From Polyangiales bacterium (GTDB lineage Bacteria; Myxococcota_A; Polyangia; Polyangiales; Houyiibacteriaceae): a DNA stretch of 64,000 nucleotides. A model generated the notes under the pieces. It made no database searches and had not been told where the DNA came from. It saw nothing but the letters and a program-made list of their open reading frames with translations. The translations under genes and the position numbers were made by a program. This document shows, in pieces, positions 29,710-39,973 of the stretch; the stretch's first letter is position 1; the number at the start of each line of letters is the position of its first letter. The stretch lies in contig JBGCFM010000081.1 in NCBI GenBank assembly GCA_045106895.1, forward strand, positions 9,224-73,223, read 5' to 3'.

Positions 29710-31004
29710 GCAGCTGGGCCTGACCCCTCAGGCCCGCTCGCCAGCCTCCAGAGCTTCCAAGACCAAACGACGAGGGCCACCGTCACAAGCTGCGGAAGCA
29801 CTCGAGGCAGACCGTTCGCGAGCTGCCAAGTCTGAAGACGCCCGAGCACGAGCTGGATCCAAAAAGCCGACGCCATCAGAGCAACGAAGGTCCACGCGGA
29901 GAACGCTTGCCCGCCAAAGGGACGAGCGGGTTTGCTTAGATGAACCCCGGCGATGGCCGCGGGTAAAAGAAAGAGCGTGACGTCGTAGAGGAGCAAGTGA
30001 GGGCTGCTTATCCAGGCCAAGGCAAGAGCGGCGGCCACGCTCAAGTCCCAGCATCGGCTCCCCGGCTCCCAAGAAAGGCGAAGGAAACGGCGCATCACCA
30101 CCACGGCAACGGCGATCAGGAATGCGGCTCCAAGGATGGGCGGCAGGGTTCGCCCGAGGGGCAGAAGTACAAGGTCCAGCGCGGCGGGAACACTGGTGGA
30201 GAGATGAACAGGAAAAGCCCCGCTCAGTCCGCGTACATAGTCGGTGGAGCTGGCGACGGAGCCAAAGAAACCAGGCCAGGCCTCGGGAAAGGCGAGGTAG
30301 CTCGCCCCACAAAGGAGCGATGCACTAAACGCAGCGCCGGCAATAGCGCGGTAACGACGCCCGCCGAAAAGAACCAACGCGAACCCAAGGCCAAGTTGTG
30401 GCTTGATGATGAGGACGCCGACCAAGAGGCCGGACACAAAGTCGCGCCTCTTTCGGAGAGCAAAAAAGGCCGCGCAGCTGACGGCCAAGGTCAGTGCCGT
30501 GTTCTGACCTAAAGAGAGAGAGACCTGGGCCGGAACAAAAAGGCACGCAAGAACGAGGAGCTTCGGAGTGCTCAGCCCGGGCTTCAACTCATGAGCGACC
30601 AGCCATGCGCACAGACCCAAGAGGAACAGGGAAAAGAGGAGCCACGCGAGGGCCGCGCTCCCGTAGGGAAGCGCCGAAAAAGGAGTCAGCGCGAGGAGGA
30701 AGGTCGGCGGGTTAAGGAAGAAAGACGCGGTGTTAACGCTGCCCGGCGCTTGTCCGACGAGCGAGCCATGGGTCTCCGCGAGCTTCTCCGGGTTGTAGAT
30801 GTCGCTGGCGCCGCCGTGACTCGCGAGGTGAGCCGCGCTGTAGAACGTGGAAAAGTCGCTGCTGAGCGGCTCCCCTTGGAAGTCGTAGTTTCCCTCCCAG
30901 GGCCGAACCAAGCGCTCCCCAATTCCGATCAACCCCACGCACGCGATGGCGAGGTAGTACACGCGCCAGCGTCCGAGGGTGAGGAAGTCGGCGAGGCGCT
31001 GCAC
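29706..31004 (-). CDS. GT-C glycosyltransferase family 87 (DUF2029-like)
   Basis: DFSTFYSAA, FLNPP, LPY, LGQN, IKPQLG, PHLLLYD; polytopic membrane protein. Confidence 0.85.
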   Translation of the reverse strand: MQRLADFLTLGRWRVYYLAIACVGLIGIGERLVRPWEGNYDFQGEPLSSDFSTFYSAAHLASHGGASDIYNPEKLAETHGSLVGQAPGSVNTASFFLNPPTFLLALTPFSALPYGSAALAWLLFSLFLLGLCAWLVAHELKPGLSTPKLLVLACLFVPAQVSLSLGQNTALTLAVSCAAFFALRKRRDFVSGLLVGVLIIKPQLGLGFALVLFGGRRYRAIAGAAFSASLLCGASYLAFPEAWPGFFGSVASSTDYVRGLSGAFPVHLSTSVPAALDLVLLPLGRTLPPILGAAFLIAVAVVVMRRFLRLSWEPGSRCWDLSVAAALALAWISSPHLLLYDVTLFLLPAAIAGVHLSKPARPFGGQAFSAWTFVALMASAFWIQLVLGRLQTWQLANGLPRVLPQLVTVALVVWSWKLWRLASGPEGSGPAA

Positions 31005-31069
31005 GACGCGACCTTATCCCAGTTTTGTTCTCAGCGAGGGATCACGATGTTGGGTGTGTCTCCGAAGCT

Positions 31070-31729
31070 CTATTCCGAGGCGAGCGCGAGCTTCTCCCGC
31101 ATGCCGACACGATAAAACCGGCGCAGCTCCGCCACGAGCTCCCCAATGGCGCCGCGGTCGATGTGCTGGCGCTCAAGTCGGTGCGTGTAGCGCGACGCGA
31201 GGGCAATCGCGTGACGATAACGGTTTCCCTCAAGGGTCTCCGCGCTGTCCGCGAGGACAGGGTCTTGGTAGAGCCGCTCGCGGATAGCTTGGGAGCGTGC
31301 GCGAATCGCACCCACGCCGTTTCCTTCCAGAAGCGCCGTCGCGTACTTGTCGACTTCGGCCTGGAGCTCAAGTTCAAGTTCGGAGACGCTGCGTGTCTGC
31401 TCATGGCGATACACCAGGTAGACGAAATGCGAGACGCCTTCGGCGGCCAAACAATACGCGTCAAATTGTCCTTCGCCGAGAACATCCACTCCACGCCGAA
31501 GGAGCGCGAGCGCTTCTGGTTCCACGTAGAGCCCAAGGCTCACGCCATCTTCTTCTTCTGCCACGAGGAGAACTTCGCCTCGGCCAGGGTCTCCTCCAAC
31601 GGCCTCCGCTGCCTCTGCGTCGCACAAGAACGGCGTCACGACAGGGGAAGAGCCCAGGTCGTAGAGCCGAACCAAGCGCTGCTGGATGCGCGCCAGCACA
31701 CACGCCTCGGCTTCAGTGGAGGGTTCCAC
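31070..31729 (-). CDS. hypothetical protein with EGVSH...ELELQAEVDK motif
   Basis: GTG at 31729 with GGAG RBS, overlapping the end of the upstream gene. Confidence 0.75.
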   Translation of the reverse strand: MEPSTEAEACVLARIQQRLVRLYDLGSSPVVTPFLCDAEAAEAVGGDPGRGEVLLVAEEEDGVSLGLYVEPEALALLRRGVDVLGEGQFDAYCLAAEGVSHFVYLVYRHEQTRSVSELELELQAEVDKYATALLEGNGVGAIRARSQAIRERLYQDPVLADSAETLEGNRYRHAIALASRYTHRLERQHIDRGAIGELVAELRRFYRVGMREKLALASE

Positions 31730-32318
31730 TGTCGCTCCCGAATAGTGCGCCCTCCCCCGGAAACACGCCTTCTTCCTGAAGGCGCTCGGCGAGGCGTGGG
31801 CTCTTGGTGCGGCGCCAACGGTCGTAGAGTCGCACGATGTCCTGGGGTGTTCGCAGCATCGTGGTCTCGCGAACCTCATCGAGAACCTGGGCAAAGCCAC
31901 TGAAGCGCCCCGCCAGCTCGCCAAAGACGTTTCGGTGGGGCCCTGGAAGGACCGCTGCGCTCTGATAGGCGCGTCCGCCCATGGTGGCGTAGTAGTCCAC
32001 GCTCATGCCGCGTCCCTGGATATGCTCCTGGAAGAAGTCGCATGTATAGAGGGCCGCATCCCCGGTTTCTTGGAGCTTTTGGCGGCGTTCTCGCGGCTCT
32101 GTTTCATCGAGGGCGCTCGCGAGCTGAGTGACAATGGGTTGGTCCGGGGTCGCGATCACGGAGTAGGTGCCGCGGCTGAGCAGCTCCCTCAGGTAGAGTG
32201 AGGTCTGCTCCGACGCCTTGATGTCCAAGCGCGTGAGCGCTGCGTCGATACGTTCCTGAAAAAACCCGCGTGTATCTTCGACTACTTCCATCACCTGCTC
32301 CCTGTTGAGGTTCCTCAC
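31713..32318 (-). CDS. helical hypothetical protein (GDxALY, YYxxMGxxAY, LYDRW motifs)
   Basis: Clean ORF; alternative start at 32294/32291 with GGAG RBS. Confidence 0.8.
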   Translation of the reverse strand: MRNLNREQVMEVVEDTRGFFQERIDAALTRLDIKASEQTSLYLRELLSRGTYSVIATPDQPIVTQLASALDETEPRERRQKLQETGDAALYTCDFFQEHIQGRGMSVDYYATMGGRAYQSAAVLPGPHRNVFGELAGRFSGFAQVLDEVRETTMLRTPQDIVRLYDRWRRTKSPRLAERLQEEGVFPGEGALFGSDSGTLH

Positions 32319-32503
32319 TCTTCTTACGGACGAGGTGAAGCCAGCATAAATGCATGTGCGTCATCTCACCAAGAAAGGGTTCAGCCGTTTTCGGCACATT
32401 TGATCGTCGAGCAGGGGCTTTCAACCATGGACCCGTGGAAACCTCGCTTGGCCAAGGAGCCCACCAAGCGCTTGGAATTACTAAACAATTGCCGCGCGCG
32501 CAA

Positions 32504-32556
32504 AACCTATCTCTCGCTCCGATGGGCCGCAAGCACTCACCGGCCCAGAGTGCCAA
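32504..32556 (-). promoter_or_regulatory. CIRCE (HrcA operator) overlapping a sigma70-type promoter
   Basis: Minus strand TTGGCACTC-N9-GAGTGCTTG (32556-32530); -35 TTGCGG (32532-32527)-N17- -10 TAGGTT (32509-32504). Confidence 0.75.
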
Positions 32557-32609
32557 CAAAGCGAATCGCCGCGGTTCCGGTTGCGCCGTGACGCCAGAAT
32601 CAAAGCTGG

Positions 32610-34580
32610 ATGTTAGGGTCGCGAGTGCCTAGCGATGCCGAAAGCGCAGGGAGACGAGGGTCGGAGCTGTCCCGCACTACCTTCGTCTGCCGCTTCGCCC
32701 TTGGCGCAGCGGTCTTGGGCGCCCTCGACGCGCTGGTCTTGAGCGGCTCCCCCTCCTCGACCCCGGCGGCCTTCCTTCTTCTGGCACTCGCGGGCTGTGT
32801 CGTCGGTTTGGGTCTTCAGGCGCTCGTCGGAGCGTCTCGCCGGACCATCGTCCTGGTAGGCGTCTTCCTCGGCGGCCTCCTGGCATATCAGGTCGGTGCC
32901 CACGCAAAGCTTGGCACTCAGCCTCTGGCGGCCATTGGGTCGATGCTCTCGTTTCCGATCCTCGCCACGGCGGCCCTCGCCGGACCGATCGGAGCGCTGC
33001 GGCGCGGATGGCGGAGCGACCCACCCATCGCGTTGGTCATCGCCCTCGCCTGCACGTGGGCGCACCGGCACACCTTCATGCCCTTCCTCTACCCGCCATT
33101 CGGCGCCGCGCTCTCCTTGGCCGCAGTCGCCTTCGCCGGTAGCGCAGGTGTGATCTTCGTGAAGGCTCATGCTCGGGGCCCGCGTTGGCCTGCGCTGACG
33201 GCATTGGCCGCGCTCATCACCACAGCGCTGCTCCCGAGCGCAGCGTTTCGTTCCTTGGGCTTCCGCGGCATCGCGACGCCCGTACTCGGCGGCGCTCGGG
33301 TGATGAGCGACGTGGACTTTGATGGCTCCTCCAGCCTCTTCGGCGGCGGCGACTGCGCGGGGTTCGACTCCGCGCGTGGACCTTTCGCCACGGAGATCCC
33401 AGGCGATGGCGTCGACCAAAACTGCATCGGCGGCGACGCGCAGCCTCCTCCTGGACCGCAGACAGACCACGCGCTTGGCGAACCCACCGGCATGTCTGTC
33501 CTGCTCCTGACAGTGGACACGGTGGCGTTCTCACGAACCAGCCTGGGCCAAACCACCCACGATACGACTCCCCGCCTCGCGGAGTTTGCCCGCCGCTCGA
33601 CACACTTTACCCACGCCTACGCCGGCGGCGCCTGGACCTCCATCGCGCTCGCCACGATTCTTTGGGGTCGCCCTGCACGAGACCTTCAATGGCGTCGGGT
33701 CTTTGAAACAAACACCCTGCGCCTGCTTGAACAAAACACAGCGCCGCCCGGCGAGATGATCCGCTTGGCGTTCTTCATTGTGGACGAGCGGAGCCCGTCC
33801 CTCGCCGCTCGAGTCCGTGCCGGCGGCGTGCAGACCATGGCCGTCGTTGATGGCGGCCACACTGGGTTCCTGAAGACCGGTGCCGGTCTGACCGAAGGGT
33901 TCACAGACTATGACGCGCTGGAGAATGTCGGGGACGAAGCGACGGCGCAGCGCCTCATCGAACGCCTCGACGAAGCCGCTGGGCAGCCCGCATTCGTGTG
34001 GGGCCACTTCTTCGGACCCCACGCGCCGGACACTCGCCACCCTGGAATCGCTGAGTTCGGCAGCGGCCTGCGCGCACGATATGACCACGAGCTCGCGGCG
34101 GCGGACGCTGCACTCGGCCAGGTATTCGACCATGTCGCAGGTCGCGACGACCTCGTCGTGATCGTGACGGCGGACCATGGTGAGGACTTTGGCCGTTTCG
34201 TCCGGGCCCACGGGCACGGGCTCACGGAGGATCTCCTGCGTGTTCCTCTCGTCGTGAATGGCCCAGGGTTTGAAGCGCACGAGGTCGATCATGTGGCTTG
34301 CCACACGGACATCTCGGAGACGGTCCTAGGCGTCCTCTTTGGCGGAACTGCCGGACTCGAGGCGCTGCGTGAGGACCACCTCTGCGTCGCGGACACCTGG
34401 CGTCTCAACGCGAACGGGAACGCGGTCTTCGACTTTGCCGGCGTGATCGGGCCCGACGGGATGTATGTTCGGGAGCTCCAAAGCGGCGAGCACCCCGCGC
34501 AAGAAGGCGACTACGAGGCGGCACTCAACGCGTATCTGGCGTCGCCGTCAGTCATCGGCGGACGTCTTCGCACCCCCTAA
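32610..34580 (+). CDS. membrane-anchored sulfatase/alkaline-phosphatase-superfamily protein with Asp/Cys metal-binding-like motif
   Basis: N-terminal TMs, DVDFDG..GGDC..EIPGDGVDQNC, LLTVDT, TTPRL, FVWGHFFGPH, TADHGE, RVPL. Confidence 0.8.
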   Translation: MLGSRVPSDAESAGRRGSELSRTTFVCRFALGAAVLGALDALVLSGSPSSTPAAFLLLALAGCVVGLGLQALVGASRRTIVLVGVFLGGLLAYQVGAHAKLGTQPLAAIGSMLSFPILATAALAGPIGALRRGWRSDPPIALVIALACTWAHRHTFMPFLYPPFGAALSLAAVAFAGSAGVIFVKAHARGPRWPALTALAALITTALLPSAAFRSLGFRGIATPVLGGARVMSDVDFDGSSSLFGGGDCAGFDSARGPFATEIPGDGVDQNCIGGDAQPPPGPQTDHALGEPTGMSVLLLTVDTVAFSRTSLGQTTHDTTPRLAEFARRSTHFTHAYAGGAWTSIALATILWGRPARDLQWRRVFETNTLRLLEQNTAPPGEMIRLAFFIVDERSPSLAARVRAGGVQTMAVVDGGHTGFLKTGAGLTEGFTDYDALENVGDEATAQRLIERLDEAAGQPAFVWGHFFGPHAPDTRHPGIAEFGSGLRARYDHELAAADAALGQVFDHVAGRDDLVVIVTADHGEDFGRFVRAHGHGLTEDLLRVPLVVNGPGFEAHEVDHVACHTDISETVLGVLFGGTAGLEALREDHLCVADTWRLNANGNAVFDFAGVIGPDGMYVRELQSGEHPAQEGDYEAALNAYLASPSVIGGRLRTP

Positions 34581-34637
34581 GAAGGGTGCGCTCCCGCTCC
34601 TTTGTGTGTTCGCTCTCACTAGCGACCACTCCTGGTA

Positions 34638-34703
34638 TTGACTCTCGCGCAACGGGTCTTAGCTTTCCGCTCGCAATCAGCACTCGGTCGGGGCGAGTGC
34701 TAA
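34638..34703 (+). promoter_or_regulatory. groES promoter and CIRCE element
   Basis: TTGACT(34638)-N16-TAGCTT(34660); TCAGCACTC-N9-GAGTGCTAA at 34677-34703. Confidence 0.9.
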
Positions 34704-34784
34704 CGAAACGATTTTTGGGCTGTCGCCGCTCCATTCGAACCTGTCGACGGCCCTGTTTAGACACACTTTTTGGAGATCATCACT

Positions 34785-35075
34785 ATGGGTATTCGTCCAC
34801 TTGGAGACCGCGTTCTCGTCACGCGAGTTGAAGAAGCAACCACCACCAAGGGCGGGATCATCATCCCCGACAGCGCCAAAGAGAAGCCAATCGAAGGCAA
34901 AGTCGTCGCCGTCGGCAACGGCCGTCGCAACGACAAGGGCGAGGTCCAGAAGCTCGAAGTCAAGAAGGGCGACCGCGTCCTCTTCGGCAAGTACGCCGGC
35001 ACCGAGGTCAAGATCGATGGTGATGAGCACGTTGTGCTCCGCGAGGACGACATCCTCGGCGTTGTCACCAAGTAA
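34785..35075 (+). CDS. groES: co-chaperonin GroES
   Basis: [37 protein letters not shown]. Confidence 0.99.
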   Translation: MGIRPLGDRVLVTRVEEATTTKGGIIIPDSAKEKPIEGKVVAVGNGRRNDKGEVQKLEVKKGDRVLFGKYAGTEVKIDGDEHVVLREDDILGVVTK

Positions 35076-35123
35076 ACTCCTCCCCTCAATCACTTAGAAC
35101 CACAAAGAAAACGAGATTTTATA

Positions 35124-36752
<1,629 letters not shown>

Positions 36753-36782
36753 GACCCCTTAGAAGAAGCCATTCGCTTCAGG

Positions 36783-36813
36783 AACGCCGCTCCCGAAAGG
36801 GGGCGGCGTTTTT
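36783..36813 (+). terminator. groESL terminator
   Basis: AACGCCGCTCCC-GAAA-GGGGGCGGCGTT-TTT. Confidence 0.9.
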
Positions 36814-36896
36814 CGTTAAAGGGCGAACATCGTGAGCGCACACACAACCCATATAGGTTAGCCGTGCTACATGTCGGTCATTGTGAGAGACCGATC

Positions 36897-37346
36897 ATGA
36901 GTAGCGCAAAGAACGAAACAATCACCGTGTTCAGCCATGAGGATGGGTGTGTGGTTGAAGTGGGAATCGAGGACGCTCCAAAGCGCGGGGACGAAGCGTC
37001 GGGAGTGGTCCCGCAAAGCAAGCTTGAGATTGTCGCCTTCGACGATGACCCGGATGAGAGTGCTCTGGAGAGCATAAGTGCTGTTTTGGCGCTGTATCCA
37101 GAGGTCGAATCCGCAGCTTTTGCGATGGCGCAGCGCGGAACATCGCCTCCCGAGCCTCTCGTGAGCATTTGTGTGCATCGCGAGTACCGAGGACGAACCG
37201 TCGAGATCCTTGATCTCGTTCGACAAGCCTCCGCCGCGGCTGGCCTTGAGGCGGGAGTCCTGCTTCTTCAGGACTCGCAGGTGCCAGCGATCCGCAAGAA
37301 CGCGCTTGTGTTCTTCCCGTGGCGCCGAAAGAAATCGAGCCGCTAG
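36897..37346 (+). CDS. hypothetical protein (possibly SseB C-terminal-like domain)
   Basis: YPEVESAAFA pattern; family call tentative. Confidence 0.5.
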   Translation: MSSAKNETITVFSHEDGCVVEVGIEDAPKRGDEASGVVPQSKLEIVAFDDDPDESALESISAVLALYPEVESAAFAMAQRGTSPPEPLVSICVHREYRGRTVEILDLVRQASAAAGLEAGVLLLQDSQVPAIRKNALVFFPWRRKKSSR

Positions 37347-37475
37347 ACCTAGCCTTCCGTTCAGTGGCCCGGCGCCTGGTTGAGACCAACTTGACTGAGA
37401 AGGTCGTTGGATCCTGGCCGTCGCGCGAATCGGCATGCGTTGGGAACATTTCCGGAGCGCTGGTGTCCGCCCGAC

Positions 37476-38114
37476 GTGCTCCGTATCTTCGTATTTGCTG
37501 TGACCACAGTGACCGCCATCGCTTGGTGGTCATCCGGCGCATCGAACCGCGCGTTGGCCGACCGAGAGGACTCCTGGGGCCAGTCCATTCGCGCAGGCGA
37601 TTTGGTGTTTCAAGACCTCAACTGTGGTGAGCGCTGCGAGCTAATTCGCTCAGTCACCGACTCGCCTTACTCCCACGTGGGGGTTGTGGTGGAAGACGAT
37701 GGAGTTCGTATGGTCTGGGAGGCGCTCGCGCCCGTTGGACCTGTCCCCCTCAGTGAGTGGGTCCGGCGCGGCATCGACGCCGAGGTCGCCGTGTACAGGC
37801 CGCGCCCTTCCCTTCAAGTTCTACAGTCCTCGGTGGAAGAGGCGATGGAGGGCATGGCCGGCCGCTCCTACGACGGGGACTACCAATGGGACGAAGAACG
37901 CATCTACTGCAGCGAGCTTGTCGCCAAGGCCTACGCCGAGGCAGGACAGGAGCTCATCGCCCCGCATAGCGTAGACCTCGGTCGCCACGAGGAGCGCGTG
38001 CATATGCTCTCGGGCGGGCGGCTCACCTCCGAGACGCTCATGGTAACGCCCGCCGATCTTGCGCGGAGTGAGTTCTTCGTTCGCGTAGTCGACGAGCTCG
38101 TAGATTCTGAGTAG
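37476..38114 (+). CDS. permuted NlpC/P60 papain-like peptidase (YiiX/YebB-like, C92)
   Basis: GDLVFQ, SPYSHVG (His) precedes IYCSELV (Cys), TPADL; N-terminal signal/anchor. Confidence 0.85.
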   Translation: MLRIFVFAVTTVTAIAWWSSGASNRALADREDSWGQSIRAGDLVFQDLNCGERCELIRSVTDSPYSHVGVVVEDDGVRMVWEALAPVGPVPLSEWVRRGIDAEVAVYRPRPSLQVLQSSVEEAMEGMAGRSYDGDYQWDEERIYCSELVAKAYAEAGQELIAPHSVDLGRHEERVHMLSGGRLTSETLMVTPADLARSEFFVRVVDELVDSE

Positions 38115-38118
38115 CGGG

Positions 38119-38445
38119 CTACGAGCGCTCGGGCAGTAGTCCCTCGATGGCCTCCTCAAGCAAGCTCACTAGCTCGGGGTCCATGAAACGGTACTCGTCG
38201 GGAATGTGCAGGACCTCGACGGGCGCCGGCAGCGGCCGACCGAAGCGCTTTCGCAACATATCTCTGTGCTTCGTTTCCATCACCACGATGACGTCGGCCC
38301 AGTCGATATCCCTCTGGTTGACGCGACGGCGCGCCTTCGGGCTCGTGCCGGCGGAGCGCACCGAGACGGCCTCGTGACCCCGAAAGACCTCTTCGGCGGT
38401 CGGGCTACGCCATTGGTTTCGACTACAGAGAACGAGGATATGCAT
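38119..38445 (-). CDS. short low-molecular-weight phosphotyrosine-phosphatase-like protein
   Basis: LCSRNQWRSPTAE (CX5R), SAGT, DWADVI, IPDEY. Confidence 0.9.
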   Translation of the reverse strand: MHILVLCSRNQWRSPTAEEVFRGHEAVSVRSAGTSPKARRRVNQRDIDWADVIVVMETKHRDMLRKRFGRPLPAPVEVLHIPDEYRFMDPELVSLLEEAIEGLLPERS

Positions 38446-39431
38446 CAGGGTTCCTTGCGGCGCGCAGCCCACATCATTTGCAAAATCGCCGCCGACCACC
38501 ACCCCCAAAGCGCGGTAACGAACACACCAAAGAGCGTAAGCGCCTCGGAAGATGGGATGAACCAGAGCTGCGCGGAAATACCGATGGCACCGCCCGCCAA
38601 AGTCACACGTGACGGACGCAAGAGGAAGGGTTCGAGGCGGTCCCACTCCTCTCGCCGGAAGAGCGCGGGGTAGAACGTCGACGCGATCATGGGGTAGTCG
38701 GCGACGTTCATGACGGCCACGTGAGGAAAATGGAAAAGCATGAGAGCGATGACGAAGACGCTTGAGAAGCGCGGAAGGACGAGGGCGAAGAGCGGCAGCG
38801 TCGCCTCGACCACGAGGGTGCCGTAGATGGCGATGGCACGCGCCCAGGACGGCGCCTCCCCGCCCAAGCCGCCGCTGGCGAAGAACGCATCCACCCCTTG
38901 GATGGCGGAGCTGTAGGGCCCCAAAAACCCGTCGTTCATCTTGTGCAAAGACGCGGACATGTAGGTGATGACCAGCACCATCGCGACACCGCGGATGGCG
39001 TAGCGATCGATGAAGCTCCTGTTCTTCAACCCCGCTATTCGGCCCAGCGCGATGACCCCGCCCACCGCGACGAGGGACGCGAGCATCATGCTCATGTGGT
39101 TTCGAATTCGAAACGGGTAGGTAAAATAGTGAGCGACGTAGAACGCGATGAGTGCGAGGAGCCATCGCCGCGTACGTCGTAGAAGCAGACCCACCATCGT
39201 TAGCGCCAGCCCAAGGGCGAAGCCCGTGACGAGCCAGGGCGGGAGCGCCAGGTGCCAGCCGGGCGTCGTCCAGTAACGCGCCATCGCCATCGCCGTCCCT
39301 GGCGAGTCTTCACCCGTCAGCTGAATCGCGTGCCCAATGAGCGCCGGGAAAAGCAGCAGCGCAATAAAGCGAAGCCGTCCGTCCGGAGAGAGCTTCGTCG
39401 CGTCGAGTTGTAGAAAGCGGGCGAGCGTCAC
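38445..39431 (-). CDS. HTTM-like polytopic membrane protein
   Basis: RNH, Y..ASLHKMN.GFL, LVVE..LP, LFHF; GTG start overlaps the upstream TGA. Confidence 0.6.
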   Translation of the reverse strand: MTLARFLQLDATKLSPDGRLRFIALLLFPALIGHAIQLTGEDSPGTAMAMARYWTTPGWHLALPPWLVTGFALGLALTMVGLLLRRTRRWLLALIAFYVAHYFTYPFRIRNHMSMMLASLVAVGGVIALGRIAGLKNRSFIDRYAIRGVAMVLVITYMSASLHKMNDGFLGPYSSAIQGVDAFFASGGLGGEAPSWARAIAIYGTLVVEATLPLFALVLPRFSSVFVIALMLFHFPHVAVMNVADYPMIASTFYPALFRREEWDRLEPFLLRPSRVTLAGGAIGISAQLWFIPSSEALTLFGVFVTALWGWWSAAILQMMWAARRKEP

Positions 39432-39952
39432 GGATCCGCATCCTCCACATCGGATTCCGTCGAATGGTCCGCGACGCTGAAGTCCGTCTCGTAGAGTCGA
39501 AATGGCACGCCCGTCGGGGCGGAGAGTTCGTCGTCCGCGCAGGCGTCGGGGGACCAATGAACCTGCGCGTCGCCGCGCATTCGCCAGCGCATGGATACAC
39601 GACGACGCTGGCAAAGCTGGTCGAGGACGACGCGAACGGCCTCGGTGTTCAGCGCCCGATGAGGCTGCTCAAGCCACCGCAGCAGCATATCGTCGTGGCC
39701 ATCTTGTTCCGGCGGCGGGTCAAGGGAGACCTCCACATCCACGCGGTACGCCCAGACATCGGAGAGCGCATGCTGCGGCATGAAGAGGTGGTTGTTGTCG
39801 CCCTCCCCCCACTCAAGGCTCGAGAACATCGTCTGGCACGAATCGTCCCGGAGGCCCACGTACGGCAGGAGGTTATTGGCCACGAGAAGACCGCCGAGGA
39901 GCACGAGGAAGACGCGCAACACGCGTTCTCCGCGGGTAGAATCCGACGTCAC
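39428..39952 (-). CDS. membrane-anchored hypothetical protein (PYVGL..TMFSSL..NHL.MP motif)
   Basis: One TM then a soluble domain; coupled to the HTTM-like gene. Confidence 0.65.
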   Translation of the reverse strand: MTSDSTRGERVLRVFLVLLGGLLVANNLLPYVGLRDDSCQTMFSSLEWGEGDNNHLFMPQHALSDVWAYRVDVEVSLDPPPEQDGHDDMLLRWLEQPHRALNTEAVRVVLDQLCQRRRVSMRWRMRGDAQVHWSPDACADDELSAPTGVPFRLYETDFSVADHSTESDVEDADP

Positions 39953-39973
39953 CAGGCTAGCGCCGCGCCGCGA

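Noticed and set aside
38119..39165. 348-aa ORF as a long phosphatase fusion
   Set aside because: The N-terminal 240 aa is an alternative frame of the HTTM-like gene; the true start is ATG 38445.
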